Below, in pieces: positions 49,095 to 63,653 of a stretch of DNA of 64,000 nt (its first letter is position 1; each line of letters begins with the position of its first letter). The DNA is from an uncultured Actinomycetota bacterium (GTDB taxonomy: Bacteria > Actinomycetota > Actinomycetes > JAHEKZ01). The notes under the pieces are model-generated. The model made no database searches and was not told the origin of the DNA. It was given only the letters and a program-made list of their open reading frames with translations. Where the stretch lies: positions 352,001 to 416,000 of the forward strand of contig CAVURN010000003.1 in NCBI GenBank assembly GCA_963743915.1, in the 5' to 3' direction. A program made the translations under genes and the position numbers.

Positions 49095-49781
49095 ATGTTC
49101 GGCGACGCTGTTGCTTCCTCCCTGCTCAGCTCCCAATTCCCCCACGCCCAGTGCGCGTGGCTGACGGGTAGCGCCGCCACCGGTGACGTGACCGCGACTT
49201 CTGACGTCGACCTCGTGGTGGTGGCTGACGACGATGCCCCCTCGTTCCGAGAGACGGTGCGCCAGGATTCGCTCCTGGTCGAGCTGTTCGTGCACAGTCC
49301 GACCTCGTTGCGGTACTGGTACGAGCGCGAACGCCGTGAGAACCGCTGCACGCTCGCCCACATGGTGGCGACCGGAGTTGCCTTGACCGACTCGGGTCCA
49401 GGCGTGCAGCTGCAGCGAGATGCCGAGCTCCACGTCGAGGCTGGGCCGGCACCGAGGCGCCAGGCGGACATCGACGCCCTCAGGTACGGGTTGAGCGCGG
49501 CCCTCGACGACCTGACGGACGCCCGTGAGGCTCGGGCTTTCGTGGCCGCGCAGGTCATGGAGCTGGCGGGCGAGCTGCGGCTCGCGCACGCCGACTCCTG
49601 GACCGGGTCGGGAAAGTGGTTGCACCGATGGCTCATGCACGTGGACTCGCAGTGCGCCGACGACCTCGCGGCCGGCTGGCAAGAGGCTGCCAACGGTCAG
49701 GTCCGACCGCTCGTGGAGGTGGCCGACCGCGTGCTGAATCTGACCGGTGGTCGATTGCAGGCGGGATACCGCCTCGACTGA
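49095..49781 (+). CDS. Pol-beta-superfamily nucleotidyltransferase domain protein
   Basis: LTGS...SDVDLVV, SFRET, VELF, W.G.GKWL, GGRL..GYR; start uncertain. Confidence 0.8.
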   Translation: MFGDAVASSLLSSQFPHAQCAWLTGSAATGDVTATSDVDLVVVADDDAPSFRETVRQDSLLVELFVHSPTSLRYWYERERRENRCTLAHMVATGVALTDSGPGVQLQRDAELHVEAGPAPRRQADIDALRYGLSAALDDLTDAREARAFVAAQVMELAGELRLAHADSWTGSGKWLHRWLMHVDSQCADDLAAGWQEAANGQVRPLVEVADRVLNLTGGRLQAGYRLD

Positions 49782-49812
49782 CCCGCTGCCTGGCAGGCGT
49801 TAGGTTCAGCAG

Positions 49813-50877
49813 GTGACCGACCATCCGCGCGCCCGTGAAGCGCTGCAGTCGATCCCTGCCTACCAGCCGGGTCGTGCGGCGCCGGCGGGGGCGGTGAAGC
49901 TGTCCAGCAACGAGAACCCCTTCCCGCCGCTGCCCGGCGTGCTGGCGGCGATGGCGGACGCGGCAGCCGAGGTCAACCGTTACCCCGACTTCGGGTCCGC
50001 ACAGCTCATCGAGGCGCTGGCCCAACGACATGGCGTCCGACCCGACCAGGTGGCCGTCGGCACGGGATCAGTGGCGGTGCTCGGACAGGTCATCAATGCC
50101 TACGCCGGTGCCGGTGACGAAGTGGTCATCCCGTGGCGATCGTTCGAGGCGTACCCGATCATCATCGCGCTCTCCGGTGCGCAACAGGTGGCGGTTCCGC
50201 TGCGACCTGACTTCACGCACGACCTGGTCGCCATGGCGTCCGCGGTGACCGAGCGGACGCGCGTCGTCATGGTCTGCACGCCGAACAACCCGACCGGAAC
50301 CGTGGTCCGGCGGAACGACCTGACGGCCTTCCTCGACGACGTGCCGTCCGACGTGCTGGTGGCTGTCGACGAGGCCTACGTCGAGTTCGTGCGCGACGTC
50401 GACAGTCCGGACGCCCTCGACCTCGTGTCCGGACGCAGCAACGTCGTCGTGCTGCGCACCTTCTCCAAGGCCTATGGGCTTGCCGGGCTCCGCGTCGGCT
50501 ACGCGATCGGCCCGACCGCCGTCGTGACCGAGCTGCGCAAGGCGCAGCTCCCGTTCGGCGTCACGGCCGGGGCGGCGGCTGCAGCCACCGCGTCCCTCGC
50601 GGCCGAACCAGAGCTGCTGCGCCGCGTGCAGGTGCTGGTTGAGGAGCGTGAGCGCGTCACCGCTCAGCTCGCCGCCCTGCCCCTCGACGTCCCGACGCCG
50701 CAGGGCAACTTCGTCTGGCTCCCGCTGGGCGAGCGCACGCAGGACTTCGCGCGGCGATGTGCCGACGCCGGAGTTGTGGTCCGCCCCTTCGCCGGCGAGG
50801 GCGTGCGGGTGACGATCGGTGCGCCCGAGGCGAACGACCGCTGGCTACCCGTGCTGCGCGACTTCCTCGGGCTCTGA
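49813..50877 (+). CDS. pat: Histidinol-phosphate/aromatic amino acid aminotransferase (Pat/HisC2 type)
   Basis: KLSSNENP, NRYPD, WRSFEAYP, PNNPTG, DEAY, RTFSKAYGLAGLRVGY; not in a his operon. Confidence 0.88.
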   Translation: MTDHPRAREALQSIPAYQPGRAAPAGAVKLSSNENPFPPLPGVLAAMADAAAEVNRYPDFGSAQLIEALAQRHGVRPDQVAVGTGSVAVLGQVINAYAGAGDEVVIPWRSFEAYPIIIALSGAQQVAVPLRPDFTHDLVAMASAVTERTRVVMVCTPNNPTGTVVRRNDLTAFLDDVPSDVLVAVDEAYVEFVRDVDSPDALDLVSGRSNVVVLRTFSKAYGLAGLRVGYAIGPTAVVTELRKAQLPFGVTAGAAAAATASLAAEPELLRRVQVLVEERERVTAQLAALPLDVPTPQGNFVWLPLGERTQDFARRCADAGVVVRPFAGEGVRVTIGAPEANDRWLPVLRDFLGL

Positions 50878-51804
50878 AGCCCGGACGCGGACGTTCGCCG
50901 CGCACGACGAGCGCGACACCGAGCACGGCGAGGGAGCCACCGAGGACGACGGGGAGCGTCACTGGTTCGGACAGGATGAGCCAGCCGAGGAACACCGCGA
51001 CGACGGGGTTGACGTACGCGTACGTCGTCACCAGCGACGGTGGGGCGTGTCCCGAGCAGCCACACGAAGGCGGAGAACGCGACGACCGAGCCGATGAGCG
51101 TCAGGTAGATGAACGCCCACCAACCCTCCGCAGGCACCGCCGCCAGCGAGAAGCCGTCGAACTCCCCGACGACGGCAGCGGCGACGAGCAGAACCACGCC
51201 CCCGCCGACCATCTCGTAGACCGCTCCGACGAAGTTGTCGTCGGGCAGCGTCAGCCGCGGCGTGATGAACACCCCGAACGCCCAGCAGAGGGTGGCGAAC
51301 AGGATCAGCAGGACGCCCCAGAGCTCGACGTCGCCCTGGGTGCCCGGGGCGGGCGAGGACGGCGATGCCGCCGAGCCCGACCACGGTGCCGACCCAGGTG
51401 AGCCATCTCGGGCGTTCGCGGCCGATGCCCGTGCGCATGAGCACCACCCACAGCGGCATGGCGGCCACGAGCAGCGCGGCCAGGCCGGAGGGGACCGTCT
51501 GCTCCGCGGTGCTCACCATGCCGACGCCGCAGAAGAGGAAGAGAAACCCGAGCACGACGCTGCCGAGAACCGCACGCGGCGACGTGGCGAGTGCGCGGCG
51601 TCCGCGTCGGAGGACCAGCACGGTGCCGAGGATGCTTCCGGCGATGACGAAGCGGACCCCTGTGGGGAACAGCGGGGGCTGACCGGCGACGTCGACCACG
51701 ACCCTGATCCCGAGGTAGGTCGAGCCCCAGACCACGTAGACGATGCCGAGGGCGCTCCACAGCGCCAGCGGGGACGCCGCACGCGTCGCCCGAGCTGTCG
51801 TCAC
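50845..51804 (-). CDS. EamA/DMT transporter (YedA-like) with at least two frameshifts (~51345, ~51052); 3' end uncertain
   Basis: VYVVWGSTYLGI and VPSGLAAL, then GSVVAFSAF.WLL, then TYAYVNPVVAVFLG in three successive frames. Confidence 0.82.
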
Positions 51805-51852
51805 GTGACCAGCCTCACACACGCGCGGGAGCTGTTGTCACGGGGATTGACC

Positions 51853-51915
51853 GGGGTCGAAGGTCCCGGCTCAGCGGCCGGGACTTTCGACCCTGATCGG
51901 GGTGCGGACGGCCCC
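51853..51915 (+). promoter_or_regulatory. Tandem DosR/DevR-type boxes upstream of cydA
   Basis: GGGGTCGAAGGTCCCG (51853-51868), CGGGACTTTCGACCCT (51879-51894) and weaker GGGTGCGGACGGCCCC (51900-51915) match the GGGACnnnnGnCCC core. Confidence 0.72.
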
Positions 51916-51961
51916 CGGGATGCTGGCTCCACCTGTCAGTTCCTGGCTCGAAAGAGGACCC

Positions 51962-53391
51962 GTGGACGCGCTAGAGCTCGCTCGGTGGCAATTCGCGATC
52001 ACCACCGTCTACCACTTCCTGATGGTGCCGATCACGCTCGGACTCTCCATGCTGGTCGCCGGTCTACACACGGCCTGGTACCGCACCGGCAAGGACGTCT
52101 ACCTGCGGGCGACGAAGTTCTGGGGGAAGATCTTCCTCATCAACTTCGCCATGGGCGTGGTGACGGGGATCGTGCAGGAGTTCCAGTTCGGCATGAACTG
52201 GAGCGAGTACTCGCCGGTTCGTCGGTGACATCTTCGGTGCACCGCTCGCGATGGAAGGGCTGCTCGCCTTCTTCCTGGAGTCGACCTTCCTCGGGCTGTG
52301 GATCTTCGGGTGGGACCGGCTGCCCAAGAAGGTCCACCTCGCGACGATCTGGGCCGCCGCCATCGGGACCAACATCTCGGCGTTCTTCATCCTGGCAGCC
52401 AACTCGTGGATGCAGCACCCGGTCGGCTACGTGGTCGACGAGGGCTTCTCACCGCTGGACCCCACCGGCCGCGCCGAGCTGGTCAACATCTTCGAGGTGC
52501 TCACGCAGAAGACCGCCGTCATCACGTTCGCGCACACGATCACTGCAGCGTTCCTGACGGCAGGCTCGCTGATGCTCGGCGTCGCGCTCTGGCATCTCGT
52601 GCGGCAGCGCCACCTCGACGGTGATGCGTCCGTCGATGAAGCTGGGCGCGTGGACGATCATCATCGGGTTCGTCGGGGTCGCGCTCACGGGTCACTTCCA
52701 GGCGCAGATCATGACCGAGCAGCAGCCGATGAAGATGGCCGCTGCCGAGGCGATCTACGAGACCGGCGAGAGCGTCAGCTTCTCGATCTTCAGCATCGGG
52801 ACGCTCGACGGCTCCGAGGAGACCTTCCGCATCGGCATCCCCGGCCTCGCATCGTTCCTGGCCACCGACTCCTTCAGCGGCGAGGTGGAGGGGATCAACG
52901 ACATCCAGGCGCAGCTCGAGGAGCAGTTCGGCCCCGCGGACTACAGCCCGAACATCCCGATCGCCTACTGGTCCTTCCGGTTCATGATCGGCTGGGGTGC
53001 CCTGGCGGCGCTGGTAGCCGCCGCAGCGCTCTACCTGTTCCGCGGTGGTCGCAACCCCACGGCACGCTGGATCGGGACGATCGGAGTCCTGACCATCTTC
53101 ATGCCGCTGCTGGCCAACAGCTTCGGGTGGATCTTCACCGAGATGGGCCGGCAGCCGTGGGTGGTCTACGGCTTGCAGCTGACGGCGAACGGTGTGTCGA
53201 TCGCGACGAGTCCGGCCGAGGTCTGGACGTCGATGATCGTGCTGACGCTGCTCTACGGCGCACTCGCCGTCGTCGAGGTCGCGCTGCTCGTGAAGTACAT
53301 CAAGCTCGGTCCCCCGGAGATCACGAGCGCCGACGCCGATCAGGCGTACGACGACCGCGACTCCGACAAGCCCCTGACGTTCGCGTACTGA
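51962..53391 (+). CDS. cydA: Cytochrome bd ubiquinol oxidase subunit I, frameshifted near 52214 and 52620
   Basis: LARWQF..T..YH, GIVQEFQFGMNW; EGLLAFFLESTF, ANSWMQHP; QPMKMAAAE, GWIFTEMGRQPW. Confidence 0.94.
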
Positions 53392-53400
53392 GGAGCTGAC

Positions 53401-54429
53401 ATGGAACTCACGGACGTCTGGTTCTTGCTGATCGCGGTCCTCTGGATCGGCTACTTCTTCCTCGAGGGCTTCGACTTCGGGGTCGGCGTGCTGCTGCCGG
53501 TGATCGGGCGCTCCGAGGAGGAGCGCCGGGTGATGATCAACACCATCGGCCCGGTCTGGGACGGCAATGAGGTGTGGCTGCTCGTCGCGGGTGGCGCGAC
53601 CTTCGCGGCGTTCCCCGAGTGGTACGCCACGTTGTTCAGCGGGTTCTACCTGCCGCTGCTGCTGATCCTGGTGGCGCTGATCATCCGCGGCGTCGCCTTC
53701 GAGTACCGCGGCAAGCAGGACTCCGCCACCTGGCGCGCGCGATGGGACGTCGCCATCTTCGTCGGTTCCCTGGTGCCCGCGATCCTCTGGGGCGTGGCGT
53801 TCGCCAACATCGTCCGCGGCGTCCCGATCGACGCGACGGGCACCTACACCGGTGGCTTCTTCAACCTGCTCAACCCGTACGCACTGCTGGGCGGGGTCGT
53901 GACGCTCGGCCTGTTCACCACCCACGGCGCCACGTTCCTGGCGCTCAAGACGCTCGGAACGGTGCGCGAGAAGGCTCACGCGATGGTCGGCCGGGTCGGC
54001 CTGATCACTGCGGTGGCGGCAGTGCTGTTCCTCGGCTGGACGCTGATCGACCAGGGCGAGACCGGTACCTGGATCACGTCGATCCTGGCCGCCGCCTCGC
54101 TGCTCGCGGCCCTGGCCCTCGACCGCACGCGGCGCGAGGGATGGGCATTCCTCTTCACCGGGGTGACGATCGCGCTGGCCGTCATCACGCTCTTCATGAC
54201 GCTCTACCCGAACGTGATGCCGAGCTCGACGGACCCGGCGTACAACCTCACCATCGAGAACGCCTCGTCGTCCCCGTACACGCTCAAGGTGATGACGTGG
54301 GTGGCCGTGGTGATGACGCCGATCGTGCTCGTGTACCAGTCGTGGACCTTCTGGGTGTTCCGCCGCCGGATCGGCGTGGACGACCTGCCACCGGAGCCCG
54401 CGTCCGTCCGCAAGTCCGTCACCCTGTGA
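53401..54429 (+). CDS. cydB: Cytochrome bd ubiquinol oxidase subunit II
   Basis: LEGFDFGVG, IGPVWDGNEVW, RGVAFEYR. Confidence 0.97.
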   Translation: MELTDVWFLLIAVLWIGYFFLEGFDFGVGVLLPVIGRSEEERRVMINTIGPVWDGNEVWLLVAGGATFAAFPEWYATLFSGFYLPLLLILVALIIRGVAFEYRGKQDSATWRARWDVAIFVGSLVPAILWGVAFANIVRGVPIDATGTYTGGFFNLLNPYALLGGVVTLGLFTTHGATFLALKTLGTVREKAHAMVGRVGLITAVAAVLFLGWTLIDQGETGTWITSILAAASLLAALALDRTRREGWAFLFTGVTIALAVITLFMTLYPNVMPSSTDPAYNLTIENASSSPYTLKVMTWVAVVMTPIVLVYQSWTFWVFRRRIGVDDLPPEPASVRKSVTL

Positions 54430-54495
54430 CTCCCGGTCGGCCGCTTCCGGCAGCGCCGACTGACAGTGCCGGCTGACAGGGCAGACTGACGCCTC

Positions 54496-56131
54496 GTGCG
54501 CCCCTTCGACCCCCGGCTGCTCCGCTATGCCCGGGCCACCCGACCGCTGCTGGTCGCCCTGGGTGCCCTCGCGGTCGTGCACGTGTCGCTCGCGGTCGCC
54601 ACCGCAGCACTCGTCGCTGAGGTCGTCACGGCGGTGTTCCAGGACGGCGCGTCGCTGGCCGACGAGTCCACCGCGCTGCTGGCCCTCGGCCTGATCGTCC
54701 TGCTTCGACCGGTCGCGACGTACCTGCAGGAGCTCGCCGCGTCCCGCACGAGCGCCCGGGTCAAGCGAGACCTGTCCGACCACGTCGTCGACCACGTCGC
54801 AGCCCTGGGTCCGCGCTGGCTGGTCGGCGCACGGCGGTCGCGGCTGCTGGTGCTGCTCGGGGAAGGGCTCGACGCACTCGACGAGTACTTCGCGCGGTAC
54901 CTGCCGCAGCTGGTGTCGAGCCTGGTGATCCCACTGGTCGTCGTGGTGGCCGTGGGGTCGGCGGACCTGCTCAGCGCCGTCGTCATCGCCGTCACGCTGC
55001 CGCTCATCCCGGTGTTCATGGTGCTGATCGGGTGGCGGACGCAGGCCGAGCAGCGCAAGCAGTGGGACGCCCTGCAGACCCTCAGCAACCACTTCCTCGA
55101 CGTGCTCCGCGGGCTGGTGACGTTGAAGGTCTTCGGACGCGCCGAGGGCCAGGGGCGCGCCATCGCCGAGGTGAACGACCGCTACCGCCGCCGCACGATG
55201 CGGGTGCTGCGCATCTCGTTCCTGTCGTCGTTCACACTCGAGCTGCTGGCCACCCTGTCGGTGGCGGTCGTCGCGGTCGAGATCGGGCTGCGGCTCGTCG
55301 AGGGCAGCGTCGGGCTGCAGACGGCGCTGTTCGTTCTCGTGCTCGCGCCGGAGGCGTACCTGCCGCTGCGGCAGGTGGGGGTGCACTACCACGCGAGCCA
55401 GGCGGGGCTGGCCGCCGCCGAAGAGGCCTTCGCGATCCTCGAGACGCCGCTGTCACCCATCGGGCCGTCAGAAGATGTGGACCTGTCCCTGACCGGACTC
55501 GAGCTCGACGACGTGCGCGTCCGTCATCCGGGACGCGTGCATGACTCGCTGCACACGGCGTTCCGGGTGCTTCCGGGCGAGACCGTCGCCCTGATGGGGC
55601 CCAGCGGCGGGGGCAAGTCCACAGCGCTCGGAGTGGCGCTTGGCGTGGTGGCGCCGGACGCGGGCGAGGTGCGGGCGGGGACGGTGTCCGACCCCGCCGC
55701 CTGGCGCACGCAGGTGGGGTGGCTTCCGCAGCATCCAGGATTCGTCCGCGGAACCATCGCGGACAACGTCCGGGTGGTGGCGCCGCAGGCGTCCGACGAC
55801 GAGGTGCTCGATGCCCTGCGACTGGCCGGTGCCGACTTCGTGGAGTCCCTGCCCGACGGCATCCACACCGTGCTCGGTGAGCGTGGCTCCGGGTTGTCCG
55901 TGGGTCAGCGGCAGCGCATCGCCCTTGCCCGCGTCATCGTCCGGAAGACTCGAGTGCTGATGCTGGACGAGCCCACGGCGGGCCTCGACGGCGTCACCGA
56001 GCGCGCGGTGGTGCAGACGATCGATGACCTCTCGCGCGGACGCACGGTGCTGCTCGTCGCCCATCGTCCCGCGCTGGCGGCGACAGCCGACCGCACGGTC
56101 GTCGTCCTGCCGCCGCAGGGTGGTGACGGCG

Positions 56132-56139
<8 letters not shown>
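54496..56139 (+). CDS. cydD: Thiol reductant/heme ABC exporter subunit CydD
   Basis: YFARYLPQL, LPLIPVFM.LIG, LAPEAYLPLR.VG..YH, GPSGGGKS, LSVGQRQR. Confidence 0.93.
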
Positions 56140-60288
<4,149 letters not shown>

Positions 60289-60421
60289 CGGTCTCCTTGC
60301 GCTGGTCCATCTGGGGGGCAGTCTGCCGTGCCATGGAGGGGTCGGACCAGGCGCCCGTATCATCGTCGCTGATCAAAGGCGGGTTCACCCAGATGACCTA
60401 GTCATGTTGGGTGGTCCGCGG

Positions 60422-60447
60422 TTCACCATGGGACGATCGAGGCCGAT
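60422..60447 (+). promoter_or_regulatory. Sigma28/FliA(WhiG)-type promoter
   Basis: TTCA-N16-GCCGAT, 42 nt upstream of ATG 60490 (GGAGGAGG RBS in between). Confidence 0.65.
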
Positions 60448-60489
60448 GCTCCAAGTGCAAGACACCTGAGGGAGGAGGGTCCGCAGGCC

Positions 60490-61418
60490 ATGGCGAAACA
60501 CGCACGTGCCTTCGTGAGTGCGGCGGGCCCGGAGACGGCCGGTCGGGCCGCCCTCGCGGTGATCCTGGCCGGCGGCCTGGTCACGGGTGGCCTGACCACC
60601 ATGGCGGTCATGGCCAGTCGCACGCTGGACGCCGCCCCAGGGCCGGTGGCGGGCGCCCCTCCCGCGGGCATTCCCTTCGAACCCGGCCCGCTCGTGGTGG
60701 GGCCCGGCCCGGAGACGTCCGAGCCGAGCGACCAGGGCACGCAGGGACCGACGGACGGCGCCACAGAAGGCCCCGGCGTCGGACCCGGCGTCGAGCCCGG
60801 CGGGCAGCCGACCGAGCCGATCGGCCCCACTCGCGCCGACCGGACCGACGGAGCCGACCGGGCCGACGGGACCGACCGAGCCGACGGGACCGACCGAGCC
60901 GACGCAGCCCACTGAGCCGACAGGCCGACGCAGCCGACGCAGCCCACCAATCCAGGACCCACCCGCCCTGAGCCCACCCGCCCTGAGCCCACCCGCCCGA
61001 CGCCCAAGCCGACGAAGGACCACCCCAACAACGGTGGGGGGAACAACGACGGCACCGGGAACAACGGCGGTGGCAACAACACCGGGGGCGGTCATCCCGG
61101 CGGGGGCGACTCCGATGGGCCGCACAACCCGGACAAGGGTCACGGGAACAACGGCAACGGTCACGGCAAGCCGGACCACCCCGGCAACGGCGAACGGGCA
61201 CGGCAAGCCGGACAAGCCCGGGAACGGCAACGGCAACGGGCACGGCAAGCCGGACCAGCCGGGGAGCAACGGCAACGGCAACGGTCACGGCAAGCCGGAC
61301 AAGCCCGAGTCGGGCAAGCAACGGCAACGGCCAGGGAAACGGCAATGCCAACGGTCACGGCAAGCCGGACCAGCCGGGGAGCAACGGCAACGGGCACGGC
61401 AAGTCCAAGCGCCGCTGA
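60490..61418 (+). CDS. Membrane-anchored low-complexity protein with PT(G/E/Q) and NGHGKPDxPG repeats, several frameshifts
   Basis: Strong RBS; MAKH + TM helix. Across frames: PTGPTEPTGPT..., PEPTRPEPTR, GNNGGGNN, then 5 NGHGKPD(H/K/Q)P units and a final NGHGKSKRR, stop TGA 61416-61418. Confidence 0.7.
60836..61402 (+). repeat. Coding tandem repeats (9-nt CCGACnGnn units, 15-nt CCCACCCGCCCTGAG units, CACGGCAAGCCGGAC units)
   Basis: Directly visible tandem arrays within the 60490 gene. Confidence 0.85.
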
Positions 61419-61564
61419 CAGCCGCGCGTCCGAAACACCCACCCGGGTGTTCCCCTCCACCCCCCGGTGGCCCGAAGATGGACCCACACCGGACACCCCG
61501 GTACCCGACGTCGTGCGTCCACGCTCAGCAGCGATCCTGCTTCGTGGTCGTGTGAGGAGGCCGT

Positions 61565-62668
61565 GTGGCAATCCCTGCCCATCCACCGGACGACACGTTC
61601 GTCCAGCTGCTCACCCCTGAGGGTGAACGCCGAGAGAACCCCGACTTCCCGCTGACGCTCGACGACGACGGGATCCGCGGCCTCTACCGCGACCTGGTGC
61701 TCGTGCGACGCATCGACGCCGAGGCGACCGCGCTGCAGCGCCAGGGTGAGCTCGGGCTGTGGGCCCAGCTGCTCGGTCAGGAGGCCGCACAGGTCGGCGC
61801 CGGCCGCGCACTCCGCCCCGGGGACATGGCGTTCCCCACCTACCGGGAGCACGGCGTCGCGTGGTGCCGCGACGTCGACCCGCTCACGCTGCTCGGTCTC
61901 TTCCGCGGCACCACGAACGGCGGATGGAACCCGGCCGACCACGGCTTCGCGCTCTACACCATCGTCATCGGCGACCAGTGCCCTCAGGCCGTGGGCTACG
62001 CGATGGGTGTCCAGCACGACGGGACCGAGGACGCCGTCATGGTGTTCTTCGGTGACGGAGCCAGCAGCCAGGGCGACGTCAACGAGGCGTTCATCTGGGC
62101 CAGCGTGTTCAACACCCCGGTGGTCTTCTTCTGCCAGAACAACCAGTGGGCGATCTCCGAACCGCTCGAGCGTCAGACGCGCATCCCGCTCTTCCAGCGT
62201 GCGTGGGGCTTCGGCTTCCCAGGCGTCCGGGTCGACGGCAACGACGTCCTCGCCTGCCTGGCGGTGAGCCAGGCGATGTTGCAGCGCGCCAGAGAAGGCG
62301 CCGGTCCCTCGCTGATCGAGGCGTTCACGTACCGCATGGGCGCCCACACGACCTCCGACGACCCGACGCGGTACCGGCTCGACTCCGACGTCGAGGCGTG
62401 GCGGCTGCGCGACCCGTTGGAGCGCGTGCGTTCCTACCTGCACAAGCAGCAGCTGGTCGACGAGTCGTTCTTCACCGAGCTGGACGCCGAGGCCGAGGCG
62501 CTGGCCATCCGGCTGCGCGACGGCGTCCGCGCACTCCCGGACCCGGAACCGGCGGACATGTTCACGCACGCGTACGCGGAGCCGAACTCGCTGATCGAGC
62601 GTCAGCGGGACCAGCTCACCGAGTACCTGGCCTCGTTCGCACCCGAGCCGGCCGTCGGGGAGGCGTGA
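61565..62668 (+). CDS. pdhA: 2-oxoacid (pyruvate/branched-chain) dehydrogenase E1 alpha
   Basis: LQRQG, GQEAAQVG, PTYREH, GDGASSQGD..E...NNQWAIS, HTTSDDP.RYR. Confidence 0.93.
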   Translation: MAIPAHPPDDTFVQLLTPEGERRENPDFPLTLDDDGIRGLYRDLVLVRRIDAEATALQRQGELGLWAQLLGQEAAQVGAGRALRPGDMAFPTYREHGVAWCRDVDPLTLLGLFRGTTNGGWNPADHGFALYTIVIGDQCPQAVGYAMGVQHDGTEDAVMVFFGDGASSQGDVNEAFIWASVFNTPVVFFCQNNQWAISEPLERQTRIPLFQRAWGFGFPGVRVDGNDVLACLAVSQAMLQRAREGAGPSLIEAFTYRMGAHTTSDDPTRYRLDSDVEAWRLRDPLERVRSYLHKQQLVDESFFTELDAEAEALAIRLRDGVRALPDPEPADMFTHAYAEPNSLIERQRDQLTEYLASFAPEPAVGEA

Positions 62669-63642
62669 TGGCCGAGACGATGACGATGGCCAAGGCCCTC
62701 AACGCCGGGCTGCGCAAGGCGTTGGAGGACGACGCCAAGACGGTCCTGATGGGTGAGGACATCGGTCGGCTCGGTGGCGTGTTCCGCGTGACCGACGGGT
62801 TGCAGAAGGACTTCGGCGAGGAACGCGTCATCGACACCCCTCTGGCCGAGTCCTCCATCCTCGGCACGGCGATCGGCATGGCGATGCGGGGGTACCGCCC
62901 CGTGGTCGAGATCCAGTTCGACGGCTTCGTCTACGTCGCGTTCGACCAGATCGTCAGCCAGCTGGCGAAGATGCACGCTCGGTCCGACGGCCAGGTGTCG
63001 ATGCCGGTCACGGTGCGCATTCCGTACGGTGGCGGCATCGGGGCGGTCGAGCACCACAGCGAGTCGCCCGAGGCCTACTTCGCCCACACGGCGGGGCTCC
63101 GTGTCGTCACGCCCTCCAACCCGGTGGACGCCTACACGCTCATCCAGCAGGCAGTCGCGTGCGACGACCCGGTGGTGTTCCTCGAGCCGAAGCGCCGGTA
63201 CTGGGACAAGGCCGAGGTCGGCGACGGACCGACGATCAGCATGAGCTCGGCGCGCGTCGTCCGCGAAGGCAGCGACGTCACCCTCGTGTCGTACGGACCG
63301 ATGGTGCGCACGTGCCTCGAGGCTGCCGCAGCCGCCGATCCGGACGGCACCAGCATCGAGGTCGTCGACCTGCGCTCGCTGGCGCCACTCGACCTGGACA
63401 CGGTGACGGCGTCGGTGCGCCGCACCGGCCGCTGCGTGGTGGCGCACGAGGCGTCGGTCTTCCTCGGAATGTCTGCCGAGGTTGCCGCAGAGGTCACCGA
63501 GCAGTGCTTCTACGACCTGGAGGCTCCCGTGCTCCGGGTCGGTGGCTACCACACGCCCTACCCGCCGTCGCGCCTCGAGCACCACTATCTGCCGGATCTC
63601 GACCGGGTGCTCGACGCCGTCGACCGCGCGCTCGCCTACTGA
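62668..63642 (+). CDS. pdhB: 2-oxoacid dehydrogenase E1 beta
   Basis: MGEDIG.LGGVFRVT, DTPLAE, EIQFDGF, EHHSESPE; TGATG coupling with the alpha gene. Confidence 0.93.
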   Translation: MAETMTMAKALNAGLRKALEDDAKTVLMGEDIGRLGGVFRVTDGLQKDFGEERVIDTPLAESSILGTAIGMAMRGYRPVVEIQFDGFVYVAFDQIVSQLAKMHARSDGQVSMPVTVRIPYGGGIGAVEHHSESPEAYFAHTAGLRVVTPSNPVDAYTLIQQAVACDDPVVFLEPKRRYWDKAEVGDGPTISMSSARVVREGSDVTLVSYGPMVRTCLEAAAAADPDGTSIEVVDLRSLAPLDLDTVTASVRRTGRCVVAHEASVFLGMSAEVAAEVTEQCFYDLEAPVLRVGGYHTPYPPSRLEHHYLPDLDRVLDAVDRALAY

Positions 63643-63653
63643 CGAGGAGTCGT

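Noticed and set aside
51835-51852. Rex or CRP/FNR site TTGTCACGGGGATTGACC upstream of cydA
   Set aside because: Poor match and wrong spacing for TTGTGAA-N4-TTCACAA or TGTGA-N6-TCACA.
51962-53391. Programmed frameshifting or pseudogenisation of cydA
   Set aside because: No slippery sites; the same one-base pattern affects many unrelated genes, which points to assembly error.
54459-54479. CTGACAG direct repeat between cydB and cydD
   Set aside because: Only two 7-mers with no assignable regulator; could be chance.
60430-60443. DosR box GGGACGATCGAGGC near the regulator gene
   Set aside because: Only one half-site matches, and it lies within the better-supported sigma28 promoter spacer.
60836-61402. 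Repeat array as a possible CRISPR
   Set aside because: Units are codon-phased multiples of 3 with no unique spacers, and there are no cas genes.
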